Position numbers and translations under genes: made by a program. From a virus (taxonomy: Duplodnaviria; Caudoviricetes), in IMG/VR virus record IMGVR_UViG_3300037851_000941, positions 1-64,000 of that record: a DNA stretch of 64,000 bases; one strand, given 5' to 3'. Below, in pieces: positions 29,653 to 37,810 of this stretch. Position 1 is the first letter of the stretch. Each line of letters opens with the position of its first letter. Under the pieces are notes generated by a model. The model saw nothing but the letters and a program-made list of their open reading frames with translations, did no database searches and had not been told where the DNA came from.

Positions 29653-30585
29653 TTACACGGCGCGAACGGCAGTGGCCTTCACGACCGCCGGCTCATGGGC
29701 GAACTTGAAGTCCACCCGGAGGCTGACCACGATGACGTAGACGCCGGCCTGAATGTCGCGGTCGGTGTCGAAGCGAATGTTCCGCCACACGCCAAAGAGC
29801 ATGTTGCTTGGGTCGGTGAGCAGCATGTCGGTCTGGTTGGCGCCGCCGCCCAGGTTCGTCGGGAACACCGGCACGTCCACCACCGGGATGCCCTCGAACG
29901 GACCGACCATCGGCGCCTGCACATGCTCGTCGCCCTGCGGCGTCATGCGGTCGGCGATGGACTCGTGGTAGTCGATGACCGCCTCGTCGGCCGTCATGAA
30001 GCGCAGGGCGCGCTTGTCGCGCCGGAACTCGCTGGGCATGGTCTTGAGAGTGTCCTTCAGGACCGTGCGGCTCAGCGTGGCACCGCCCGCGTTGACCGTG
30101 TTCGTGACGGTCTGCACCCGGAAGCCGTTGAGCAGCTTCAGCAACTCGTCGGCCGAGGTGGTGTCGCCATTGATGGCCACGTCCTCGAGGTCCAGTGAAA
30201 CGCGCTCGGCCAGCGTGTCCCGCACCGTCTGCTCGAAGGCCCCGCGCTCGATGGAGTCCTCCAGGGCCTCGAAGCTGACGCGCGTCTCCGCCTTGGCGAG
30301 CTTCGCGTCCAGCTCCACCTTGCTGGTGTCCGGGGCGGCCCGCTGGGCGACCGGGAGCGCCACCGCCTCGGCACCCGCGCGCAGGGCACGAGAGCCGTAG
30401 CGGATCTTCTCCCGCAGCTCCTTGGGGGCCTTCATGTCCACGCGCGTCATGAGCGGCAGGACGGCGCTCCGGTCAATCGCCAGCCGGATGAACCGGTCGG
30501 CCTGTGCTGGCTCGAGCAGTCCTCCGGGCGCGAGCTGCGCGAGGAGGAAGTCGGCCTTCTGAACGAGGTCTCTGTTATCACGCAT
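29653..30585 (-). CDS. Major capsid protein (HK97 fold)
   Basis: GGLLEPAQADRFI...VELDAKLAKAETRVSFEALEDSIE...LEDVAINGDT...LLTDPSNMLFGVWRNI. Confidence 0.92.
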   Translation of the reverse strand: MRDNRDLVQKADFLLAQLAPGGLLEPAQADRFIRLAIDRSAVLPLMTRVDMKAPKELREKIRYGSRALRAGAEAVALPVAQRAAPDTSKVELDAKLAKAETRVSFEALEDSIERGAFEQTVRDTLAERVSLDLEDVAINGDTTSADELLKLLNGFRVQTVTNTVNAGGATLSRTVLKDTLKTMPSEFRRDKRALRFMTADEAVIDYHESIADRMTPQGDEHVQAPMVGPFEGIPVVDVPVFPTNLGGGANQTDMLLTDPSNMLFGVWRNIRFDTDRDIQAGVYVIVVSLRVDFKFAHEPAVVKATAVRAV

Positions 30586-30639
30586 GTTGTCTTCTACCTC
30601 TCTATTTCAGGGCGACCTTAGGTCGAAACCTTCCCTTCA

Positions 30640-31698
30640 TCACCAGACCCACGGCCCGCCCTGACGACTGCCCCGGCGAGTCCGTTCCTTGTCACCGCCC
30701 TTGACGGGCGGAACATCTGCCTCGGGCCGGCTGCCCTGCGGCATCGGCGTGCTGGCGATCTGTGCGACCTGCGTGCCCAGGGTGTCGAGCCGCTTCATCA
30801 GCTCGGCCAGCTCGGGCACGTCCTGCTGGATCTTCGGCCCAGCCTTGCCGTCCGTGGTGTCGCCGCCGCCACCGATGTTGCCCATCTCGGCCGCCGGCTT
30901 GGGGTCGGGCGTCTGCGGGGTGCTCTCGGCCAGGCGCTTCTCCTCGGGCACCGACGGCTCGACCTCGGAGAGGATGCGCATGAAGCGGGCAAAGGCGTCC
31001 TCGAGGGACTTGACCGCCTCCTTGTACTGGGCGAGGCGACGCACGCCGAGGCGCGCCGTCTTCTCCACGTCATCGGGCGCGACCTGCGGCTCCGGCGAGG
31101 CCGGTGCCGGGGGAGCATCGCCAGCGGCGACCAGCGCGGTGGTGAAGTCCGACACGAAGGAGCGCATCTTGGCCAGCTCGTCGACCGATGCCTTCTCGGT
31201 GCTCGTCACCTCCAGGGACAGCCTGCCCAGCGCTTCGGCCAGCTCGGCCAACCGGATGCCGATGCCGGCCGGCTGCGGCGTCGCGGCCTTCTCGGCCATG
31301 GACGTGGGCGACGGGTAGCGGCTCAGCGCACCGGTGAGCAGCTCGGCGATGGAGCGCATCTCCGACGCGAACTCCGGGGGCATCGGCTCGGCCATCTGCT
31401 CGGCCGTCTCCTCGGCCTCCTTGATCATGTTCGTGAGCGAGACGCCCCGCTCCAGCACCTCGGTCAGGACGCGCAGGACGCTCTCCTTCACGGGGGTCGG
31501 GATCGGGCCTTTCTTCGTTTCGGTGGCTGCACTCTTGTCACTCATCTGGTGTCCTCCAGCGTGTTTCGCGTCCTTGATGACGAGGAACCGTCGGCGATTG
31601 GCGGCACGGTCCACGTAGGACACCTCCTCGGGTAGGATGTCATGGAGCCGAAAACGGGCCTCCGACTCCTCCGTCTCCTTGTCCCTGTCCGTGCTCAT
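30640..31698 (-). CDS. Capsid scaffold protein whose N-terminus carries a protease-like EVSxVDxxAN strand
   Basis: Helical Ala/Glu/Pro-rich protein directly upstream of the capsid gene; RLHDILPEEVSYVDRAANRRRFLVIK near the start. Confidence 0.75.
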   Translation of the reverse strand: MSTDRDKETEESEARFRLHDILPEEVSYVDRAANRRRFLVIKDAKHAGGHQMSDKSAATETKKGPIPTPVKESVLRVLTEVLERGVSLTNMIKEAEETAEQMAEPMPPEFASEMRSIAELLTGALSRYPSPTSMAEKAATPQPAGIGIRLAELAEALGRLSLEVTSTEKASVDELAKMRSFVSDFTTALVAAGDAPPAPASPEPQVAPDDVEKTARLGVRRLAQYKEAVKSLEDAFARFMRILSEVEPSVPEEKRLAESTPQTPDPKPAAEMGNIGGGGDTTDGKAGPKIQQDVPELAELMKRLDTLGTQVAQIASTPMPQGSRPEADVPPVKGGDKERTRRGSRQGGPWVW

Positions 31699-31753
31699 CT
31701 CCACCGCCTTCGCCGTGCAAATATAGCCGACGACGGGCGGACTAGGGAACAGG

Positions 31754-34700
31754 TCACTTCGAGCGGGCAGCCCGCAGGGCCTCCTTGACCGCCGTGCCGC
31801 CGATGGAATAGCCGTCCAGAGAGCCATTCTTGACTTGCTCCCAGACCTCATCTGGGCCGGCTCGCGTAGCGAGGAACCAGGTGCCGACAGGGAAGTCCTC
31901 CCCACCGTGGCTCTCGGTCACCTTCGACACATACGACTCGAGGACCTTGATGCCGTCTAGCGGCTTGCCGGCGTGCATGATGCGCATGTGCCCGCCGAAG
32001 TGCTCCAGGAAGGCGTGGGCGGCCTTGCGCACCGTGGCCGCGTCGTAGATGTCCCCTTGCGCGTCCACCTCGTCCGGCACCAGGACGACACCGAAGACAT
32101 AACGCTCCTCGGTCTCCGGCGTCGGCTGCTCGGCTTTGAGCAGGCGCACCGGGCGCTCGGCCTTCGCCAGCGAGCCGGGCATGGACTCACCCGCGCGCAG
32201 CAGGCCCAGCACCTCCGGGATCGTGCTGGGCGGGCCGTCCACCACGTCGATGGCCTGCGCCGGGCCGAACCACGAGACGCTCCTGGGCTCCAGGGAGCGA
32301 TGTAGGAACTCCAGCGAGTAGACGCGAATCACGTCCCCGACGTCGGCGGCGAGCCTCCTGTTGCCGGTGGTGCCGATGACGACCCAGGACTTACCGTCGC
32401 GCTCCACGGTGCCCTCCCAGGCGCCATCCTCCGGGCGCACCGGGCCGATGGCGCCCACGAAGTTGTAGACGCCGGGCGAGCCCGCGACCTCGTGGCGCTC
32501 CACGACCAGCGCCCGCAGCTCGCGCACGAGCTTGACCTTGGCCCAGAGGTCATTCTCCCCGCCGAGGCTCAGCGTGGAGCCGATGGCCTTCAGCATCGCG
32601 CCCTCGCTCCCGGGCTGCCGCGCCGCCCAGTCGATGGCATCGCGCAGGCTCGGGCGATCTGCGACGACCCGGAACTCGTCCAGGCAGATGTGCTGCAGCT
32701 GGGCCTTGTGCCGCTCGATCCATCCGTTGAGCGCAGCGCGGCGTACGCTCAGGGGCGCCGTCGTGAGGTTCTTCTGGTCCGGCAGGTACAGGGCGTCGAA
32801 GACGACGAACCGCAAGCCCCGGTCGTCTGGCTCCATGCCGCGCAGGTCTGCCAGCTCGCGGCGCGGCTTGTACGCGCCCGCGTCGGCGTCCCACTCCATC
32901 ACCTCGCCGTCCAGGATGAGGTCGCCGGGCAGCGCAAGCACCTCGCGCTCCAGGCTCGGCCACCGGGCGAGGATGTTCTCCTCCGGCGAGTCCTCGGTGA
33001 AGGCCATTGCGCCGTGCTCGCCCCATCGCTGAAGCACCACGCGGAACCCGTTGAGCTTGGGCTCGACCTGCACCCCCGCCGCCACCAGCTCGTCGGTGAA
33101 CGCCTCGCGGGCAGCCGACTCCGCGTCGGAGAAGGCGGCCGTCCGGCGCGGGGCGGGCTTCGTCGGCGTGAACCGGGCCGGCGGCCGAAGCAGCTCGCGG
33201 TCGCCGCCCCTGTCATCGCCCTCCGTGCGCTCTGCGGGGTCCCACACCTGCACCTCGCCGTCCATGCGCAGGCGCTTGGTGGCGGCATCTGCCTCGGCCG
33301 GCGCCTGGGGTCCCATGGTCCAGATGGCACCGCCGGGCTCCTCGGCCCGGAACTCGTAGGTGCCCTGGAGCTTCGGGCCGCCGAAGCGCACGAGCAGCCT
33401 GCTGCCGGGCTCGTGCTCCAGCAGCTCGGCGTCGCCGCGCTCCTGGATCGTCAGACGCGACGGCGTGGCCCGCGTGGGGTTCAGCGCGATGGTGCCCACG
33501 ACGGTCCCGGGCGGCACGTCGCCGCTCAGCGCCAGCAGCTCGTCGTTGACCGCCGCATGGCGCACGGCGAGCACCTGGGCATCACTAGCCAGTGGGTCCG
33601 TCTGGAGCTGGTAGTTCCAGAGGCCGCCCTCGGGCCGACCGATGATGACGTGGAACACCTCCCGGCCCACCCCGCGCACCACGGTCTGACCCTTGAATCG
33701 CTGCCAGGACAGCGTGTACGGGACGCGGACGGGCAGCGCGACTTTCTCGGCCTCCACGAGCGCGGCGTCGTTGAGCGTCCAGTCGTCGCCGAGCGCCTCG
33801 GTGAGGCTCTTCTCGACGAGGTCGTAGTTCGAGACGAGGAGCGTCGTGAGCACCTTGGGCCCGCCGACGCCGCGCATGGAGCCGATGGTGCGGCTCGGCC
33901 GGATGCGCTTGACCCGGAAGCCCTCCTTCTCGAACCGCGCGGGCAGCTCGCCCCGTGTCCCGTAGGTCACAAGGAACTTGCCCTTGATGGACTTGAGCAG
34001 CGCGAGGAAGCGCGCCTCGTCGAAGTCCGACTCGCCGACGTCCACGTTGTAGCCGGGGTACGGCGGGTCCAGGTAGAAGGCGGTGTCCTTGCCGTCGTAC
34101 TTGCGGACGACCCGTTCGTAGTCGCCGCAGTGGATGCGGACGTTCTTCAGGCGCGGGCCGAACTTCTCGATGCGATCGACGGTCGCGGCCTCGATGCCCT
34201 CGCCCGAGGGGCTGAAGGACCGGCCGCGCAGCTTCCTGTAGGAGAAGTGGGTGACGTACAGGAACCGGTGCAGCTTCTCGACGTCGTCCTTGGGCCGGGC
34301 GTCGAACAGGCGCTTGAAGGTCGCCTCATCGCCGGTCCAGGTCATCTTGCGCAGCCGCGCCACCTGCTCGGGCTTGAGCCGCTTGATGAGCCTGTAGGCC
34401 TCGACGATCTCCGGGTCGGCGTCGTTGATGACCTCGGTCTCGGCCGGGTCCTTGGCGAAGAGCACGGCGCCGCTCCCGGCGAAGGGCTCGACGTAGGTCT
34501 TGTGGGCCGGCAGCAGCGCGACCAGCCGCTCGGCGAGCTTCTTCTTGCCGGCGGGCGAGCCCCAGATGGTCTTGTCGACCAGTGTGGCCTTGGTCCGTGG
34601 TTCCGACCCCTTCAGCACGAACTGACCAGCCTCGACGGCCACGGTGTCCGCAGTGAACAGTCGCGCGGCCACCAGGGCGTCGCGCACGGCGCGCGCCCGC

Positions 34701-37438
34701 GCCTGGTCCGGCTCCTCCCAGTAGCGATACTCGGCGGGGGTCGCGGCCATCAAGGACTCGGGCATCCCGGAGCGCCCCGGCGGCGGCATCACGCGCCGCT
34801 CCACCGAGCGACGGTCCAGCACCGACGGCAGGGCGTTCCGCGCGAAGCCGACGGTCCAGAAGACCTCGCCGGCGGGCACGCCCGGTGCCACGGGGCCGCC
34901 CTCCTCCTCATCGAGGGCGCGGTCGCCGACGAGCGCCCGGAAGACCAGGCGACCGGAGAACCGCTCGTCGCCGGTCAGGAAGTACTCGTGCGAGTAGGGC
35001 TTCTGGAGGCCCCACTCCACCGTCGGGTGCGCCACGGCCACCATCACGCCGCGCTCGTACCGCGTGGCTCCGATCTCGCCCTCGCCGAACACCTCGCCCT
35101 CCACGTCGAGCCAGCCCTTGGGCTGCCGGGACTTGGGCGCCGCCATGATGCGCTCGGGCAGCCGGAAGGGCTTGGTGTACCGGGAGCCCTCGGCGCCGAA
35201 GTCGGCGGCCACGTCGCGCGCCGCCTCCAGCGTGTCCACGTCGGGCACGACATCGGGCCTCTGGAGCATGAGCGTCCAGCCGACGAGGTAGTCGCCCACG
35301 TCGACCCGGAGGTCCCCATGCACGCTCCGTCCCCGGAAGTGCAGCTGGAGCACCCCGGGCCGGGGGCCGGGCTCCCTGGGCCAGTCGAGCATCGGGTCGT
35401 CGGCCTTGGTGGCGAGCGCCATCTGCTTGAGCGACCGGTCCTCGTGAGGCACGAGCACCAGGTCGTAGAGCTTCACGAAGCTCGTGAACGGGCCGCCCAT
35501 CGGGTCGTGGTGGTAGCTCACGCGGCGCGACAGGTCCGGCGGCAGCGCCCGGCCAAGGCGGAACTTCACGACGTGTAGCGTGTCCTCGTCGAGCGGCCCG
35601 CGCACCAGAACGTCGATGTCGTTCTTGCTCACGCCGTCGTTGCAGAGCGAGCCCACGAGGCACACCGCCGCGTCTCGCAGCCGCATGGGCTTGTCGTAGC
35701 AGGCCAGCACGTCGGGCAGGCTCACCGGCTCCAGGGCGCCGTTGCTGCCGGCATGAATGGGCGCGAACTCGCCGGTGGCCGCCTGCTTCCAGGTGGCGGT
35801 CTCCTGCGCCAGCTGGTCGTCCTCGGGCATGGAGATCTCACGCCGGGCCATCTCGCGCAGAAGGAAGGCGTGCGCGTTGATCACCTGCTCCCGGCTCGCC
35901 CCGTCCGCCTCGGCGATGCCTGTCGGGAAGGCGTCGGCGAACCAGGCGTGCATGGCGCGGTCGAGCACTCGCAGGTCCTCGTCGCTGAGCGCGGCCAGGG
36001 CCTCGTCGCTGGGGCCGGCCACGAGGGCGTCGAGCTGCGCCTCCACGCCGTCCCGGAAGACCTTGGCAAAGGGCAGCCCGAGCTGACGCGCCCGGGCGAC
36101 AGCAGTGCTCAGCTCGATGTCGGGGCCGAAGCGCCGGCCGGGCAGCGGCGCCAGCAGACGGAGCGGAGGGTCGAACTCCACCAGGAGCCGAAGGGGCATA
36201 TGGAAGAACCCGCGCACGGCGGCGAACTCCTCGAGGCTTGGCTTGTCGATGCCCGCGAGCACGGCCTCGGGCAGCGCCTCGATCCCCACGTAGGGCTCGG
36301 GCTCGCCCTGCTCGACAACCGCCCAGACGAAGGTGCCTCCGCCGTCGGGCACCTCGTTGACCAGCGCCTGCGGCTTACCCACTCTCCCCACCCGACGCAC
36401 GCGGGAGAGGAACCCGGTGGGCTGGCCGGAGCGCAGGCGGTCCAGGTTGAACGCCGGGGCGGGCAGCTTGAGGACGGGCAGGGTGCCCCGTGGGGGCTCG
36501 GCCCGCCAAACGGCCACGGCACCCTCGCGCCTGGCCCTCTCGCAGGCGGCGTCGAGCGTCATCGGGGCGCCGGCGTCCGGCGTCTGCTCAACCTCTTCGG
36601 TCTGCGCCGCGCGGCACCAGGGCCACGCCTGCTCCGGCGTCAGGCTGCGCACGGCGCCCCAGGGCAGCGCGAGCCCGTGCTGGTGCGCCCCGCTGCCCGG
36701 CAGCATCGAGCCCCCGAGCAGCGCGTGACGGTGCGGCTCGCCCTCGTCGGTGTAGTGGTCCTCGCCGTCCACGATGACGTGGTGCGAGTGCATGCCGTTC
36801 TCCTCCGTCGTGGCGGCGTCGTGCGTCGGGATCGCGTGGGCGTGGGCGCCGTCCAGAGACGTGACCACAATGCGCGGGGCCGCCTCGCCCTCCCTCGCCG
36901 GCAGAACGAAGAAGTGCCGATGGGCGCCGTCCTCGCGCGTCGAGAGCTGCTCGCGCACCAGCTCGTGGCCGTGCGCCCCGCCGGCGAGCATCCGCGCCAG
37001 CCCGGCCCCGCGCCCGAGCAACGGTGGCAGCGAGGGCCAGTGGCCCTCCTCGCCTTCCAGGAGCGCGTTGATGATGCGCGCCGCCTTGCCCGCATCCTCG
37101 GCCCACGGCGCCAGGGCGGGGTCGACAACGGCGCGCTCCCCCAGCATCTTGGCAACGCCCTCGGCCGCCGCGCCTATGTCATCAATCTGCGCGCTGTCCG
37201 ACGATTCGCCAGAGAGCTTTTCCACAGCCGAGAACAGGACGGGGAGCCCCGCCAAAGCCTCTTCCGCTTCCGGGGGCACCCGGCCCTTGAACGAGCCCAG
37301 GGCGCCCGGCAGGCGGGCGGCCAGCGCGCGGCAAACGGCCGCCACGTCGACGGGGGCGGGGGCGGGGGTCGGGCTCTGGGCTGGGGTCAGAAGCTGGCGT
37401 GCGGCCTTGATGGCGCGTTCGGCCCGTTCGATGTCCAT
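31754..37438 (-). CDS. 1894-aa multidomain head protein: HxH repeats, nucleotidyltransferase, LigD-PE-like, Dam-like N6-adenine MTase, degenerate PE-like, ATP-dependent DNA ligase, XkdF-like prohead protease
   Basis: Motifs in order: G-x-HxH x6; VGS...KNDIDVLV; LQLH...VHGDLR; YVEPFAGSGAV...FYLDPPY; EPKLNGFR/ILDGEV/FVVFDAL/EGAMLK/WAKVK; VFGVVLVPDEVDAQGD...MH...GSLDGYSIGG. Confidence 0.85.
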   Translation of the reverse strand: MDIERAERAIKAARQLLTPAQSPTPAPAPVDVAAVCRALAARLPGALGSFKGRVPPEAEEALAGLPVLFSAVEKLSGESSDSAQIDDIGAAAEGVAKMLGERAVVDPALAPWAEDAGKAARIINALLEGEEGHWPSLPPLLGRGAGLARMLAGGAHGHELVREQLSTREDGAHRHFFVLPAREGEAAPRIVVTSLDGAHAHAIPTHDAATTEENGMHSHHVIVDGEDHYTDEGEPHRHALLGGSMLPGSGAHQHGLALPWGAVRSLTPEQAWPWCRAAQTEEVEQTPDAGAPMTLDAACERARREGAVAVWRAEPPRGTLPVLKLPAPAFNLDRLRSGQPTGFLSRVRRVGRVGKPQALVNEVPDGGGTFVWAVVEQGEPEPYVGIEALPEAVLAGIDKPSLEEFAAVRGFFHMPLRLLVEFDPPLRLLAPLPGRRFGPDIELSTAVARARQLGLPFAKVFRDGVEAQLDALVAGPSDEALAALSDEDLRVLDRAMHAWFADAFPTGIAEADGASREQVINAHAFLLREMARREISMPEDDQLAQETATWKQAATGEFAPIHAGSNGALEPVSLPDVLACYDKPMRLRDAAVCLVGSLCNDGVSKNDIDVLVRGPLDEDTLHVVKFRLGRALPPDLSRRVSYHHDPMGGPFTSFVKLYDLVLVPHEDRSLKQMALATKADDPMLDWPREPGPRPGVLQLHFRGRSVHGDLRVDVGDYLVGWTLMLQRPDVVPDVDTLEAARDVAADFGAEGSRYTKPFRLPERIMAAPKSRQPKGWLDVEGEVFGEGEIGATRYERGVMVAVAHPTVEWGLQKPYSHEYFLTGDERFSGRLVFRALVGDRALDEEEGGPVAPGVPAGEVFWTVGFARNALPSVLDRRSVERRVMPPPGRSGMPESLMAATPAEYRYWEEPDQARARAVRDALVAARLFTADTVAVEAGQFVLKGSEPRTKATLVDKTIWGSPAGKKKLAERLVALLPAHKTYVEPFAGSGAVLFAKDPAETEVINDADPEIVEAYRLIKRLKPEQVARLRKMTWTGDEATFKRLFDARPKDDVEKLHRFLYVTHFSYRKLRGRSFSPSGEGIEAATVDRIEKFGPRLKNVRIHCGDYERVVRKYDGKDTAFYLDPPYPGYNVDVGESDFDEARFLALLKSIKGKFLVTYGTRGELPARFEKEGFRVKRIRPSRTIGSMRGVGGPKVLTTLLVSNYDLVEKSLTEALGDDWTLNDAALVEAEKVALPVRVPYTLSWQRFKGQTVVRGVGREVFHVIIGRPEGGLWNYQLQTDPLASDAQVLAVRHAAVNDELLALSGDVPPGTVVGTIALNPTRATPSRLTIQERGDAELLEHEPGSRLLVRFGGPKLQGTYEFRAEEPGGAIWTMGPQAPAEADAATKRLRMDGEVQVWDPAERTEGDDRGGDRELLRPPARFTPTKPAPRRTAAFSDAESAAREAFTDELVAAGVQVEPKLNGFRVVLQRWGEHGAMAFTEDSPEENILARWPSLEREVLALPGDLILDGEVMEWDADAGAYKPRRELADLRGMEPDDRGLRFVVFDALYLPDQKNLTTAPLSVRRAALNGWIERHKAQLQHICLDEFRVVADRPSLRDAIDWAARQPGSEGAMLKAIGSTLSLGGENDLWAKVKLVRELRALVVERHEVAGSPGVYNFVGAIGPVRPEDGAWEGTVERDGKSWVVIGTTGNRRLAADVGDVIRVYSLEFLHRSLEPRSVSWFGPAQAIDVVDGPPSTIPEVLGLLRAGESMPGSLAKAERPVRLLKAEQPTPETEERYVFGVVLVPDEVDAQGDIYDAATVRKAAHAFLEHFGGHMRIMHAGKPLDGIKVLESYVSKVTESHGGEDFPVGTWFLATRAGPDEVWEQVKNGSLDGYSIGGTAVKEALRAARSK

Positions 37439-37441
37439 GCG

Positions 37442-37780
37442 TCACTCTCCCTTGTCGTCCACGGTCCACGCCCGGTCGGCGGGGGCAGGCGTCCAATCTA
37501 CCCCATCCAGGGTCGCCCGTAGAGCCTTGGGCAGAACGTCCAGGGCGTGCGTGGTGGAGTAGCCGCACTCGCGCAGGAGCGTCATGAAGCGGTCGTAGAG
37601 GATGCCCGTCCTGCGGGCCACCTCGTGTTGCGTGCGCCCCATCGGGCGCGCCAGCCGGGCGTCCTCCAGGAAGCTGTCCCGCACGATGTCCGTGAACCGC
37701 ACGGCGACCCGGGTCGCCTGGATGGGGTCCCCGAGGGCGCTGACGAGGACCTCGTGCCTGCTTCTGGTAACGTGTGCCAT
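37442..37780 (-). CDS. Hypothetical protein (112 aa) upstream of the polyprotein
   Basis: ORF with a TATGCT -10-like box 8 nt upstream. Confidence 0.6.
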   Translation of the reverse strand: MAHVTRSRHEVLVSALGDPIQATRVAVRFTDIVRDSFLEDARLARPMGRTQHEVARRTGILYDRFMTLLRECGYSTTHALDVLPKALRATLDGVDWTPAPADRAWTVDDKGE

Positions 37781-37810
37781 GGGGCGGCAGCATACCGCCC
37801 GGGGGCGTCA

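Noticed and set aside
31699-31905. +1 frameshift fusing the polyprotein to the scaffold (scaffold frame is open upstream; AAG TGA C at the stop)
   Set aside because: There is no re-pairable slippery codon, a separate -10-like box and start exist for the scaffold, and open alternative frames are common at this GC. Not excluded, but unsupported.
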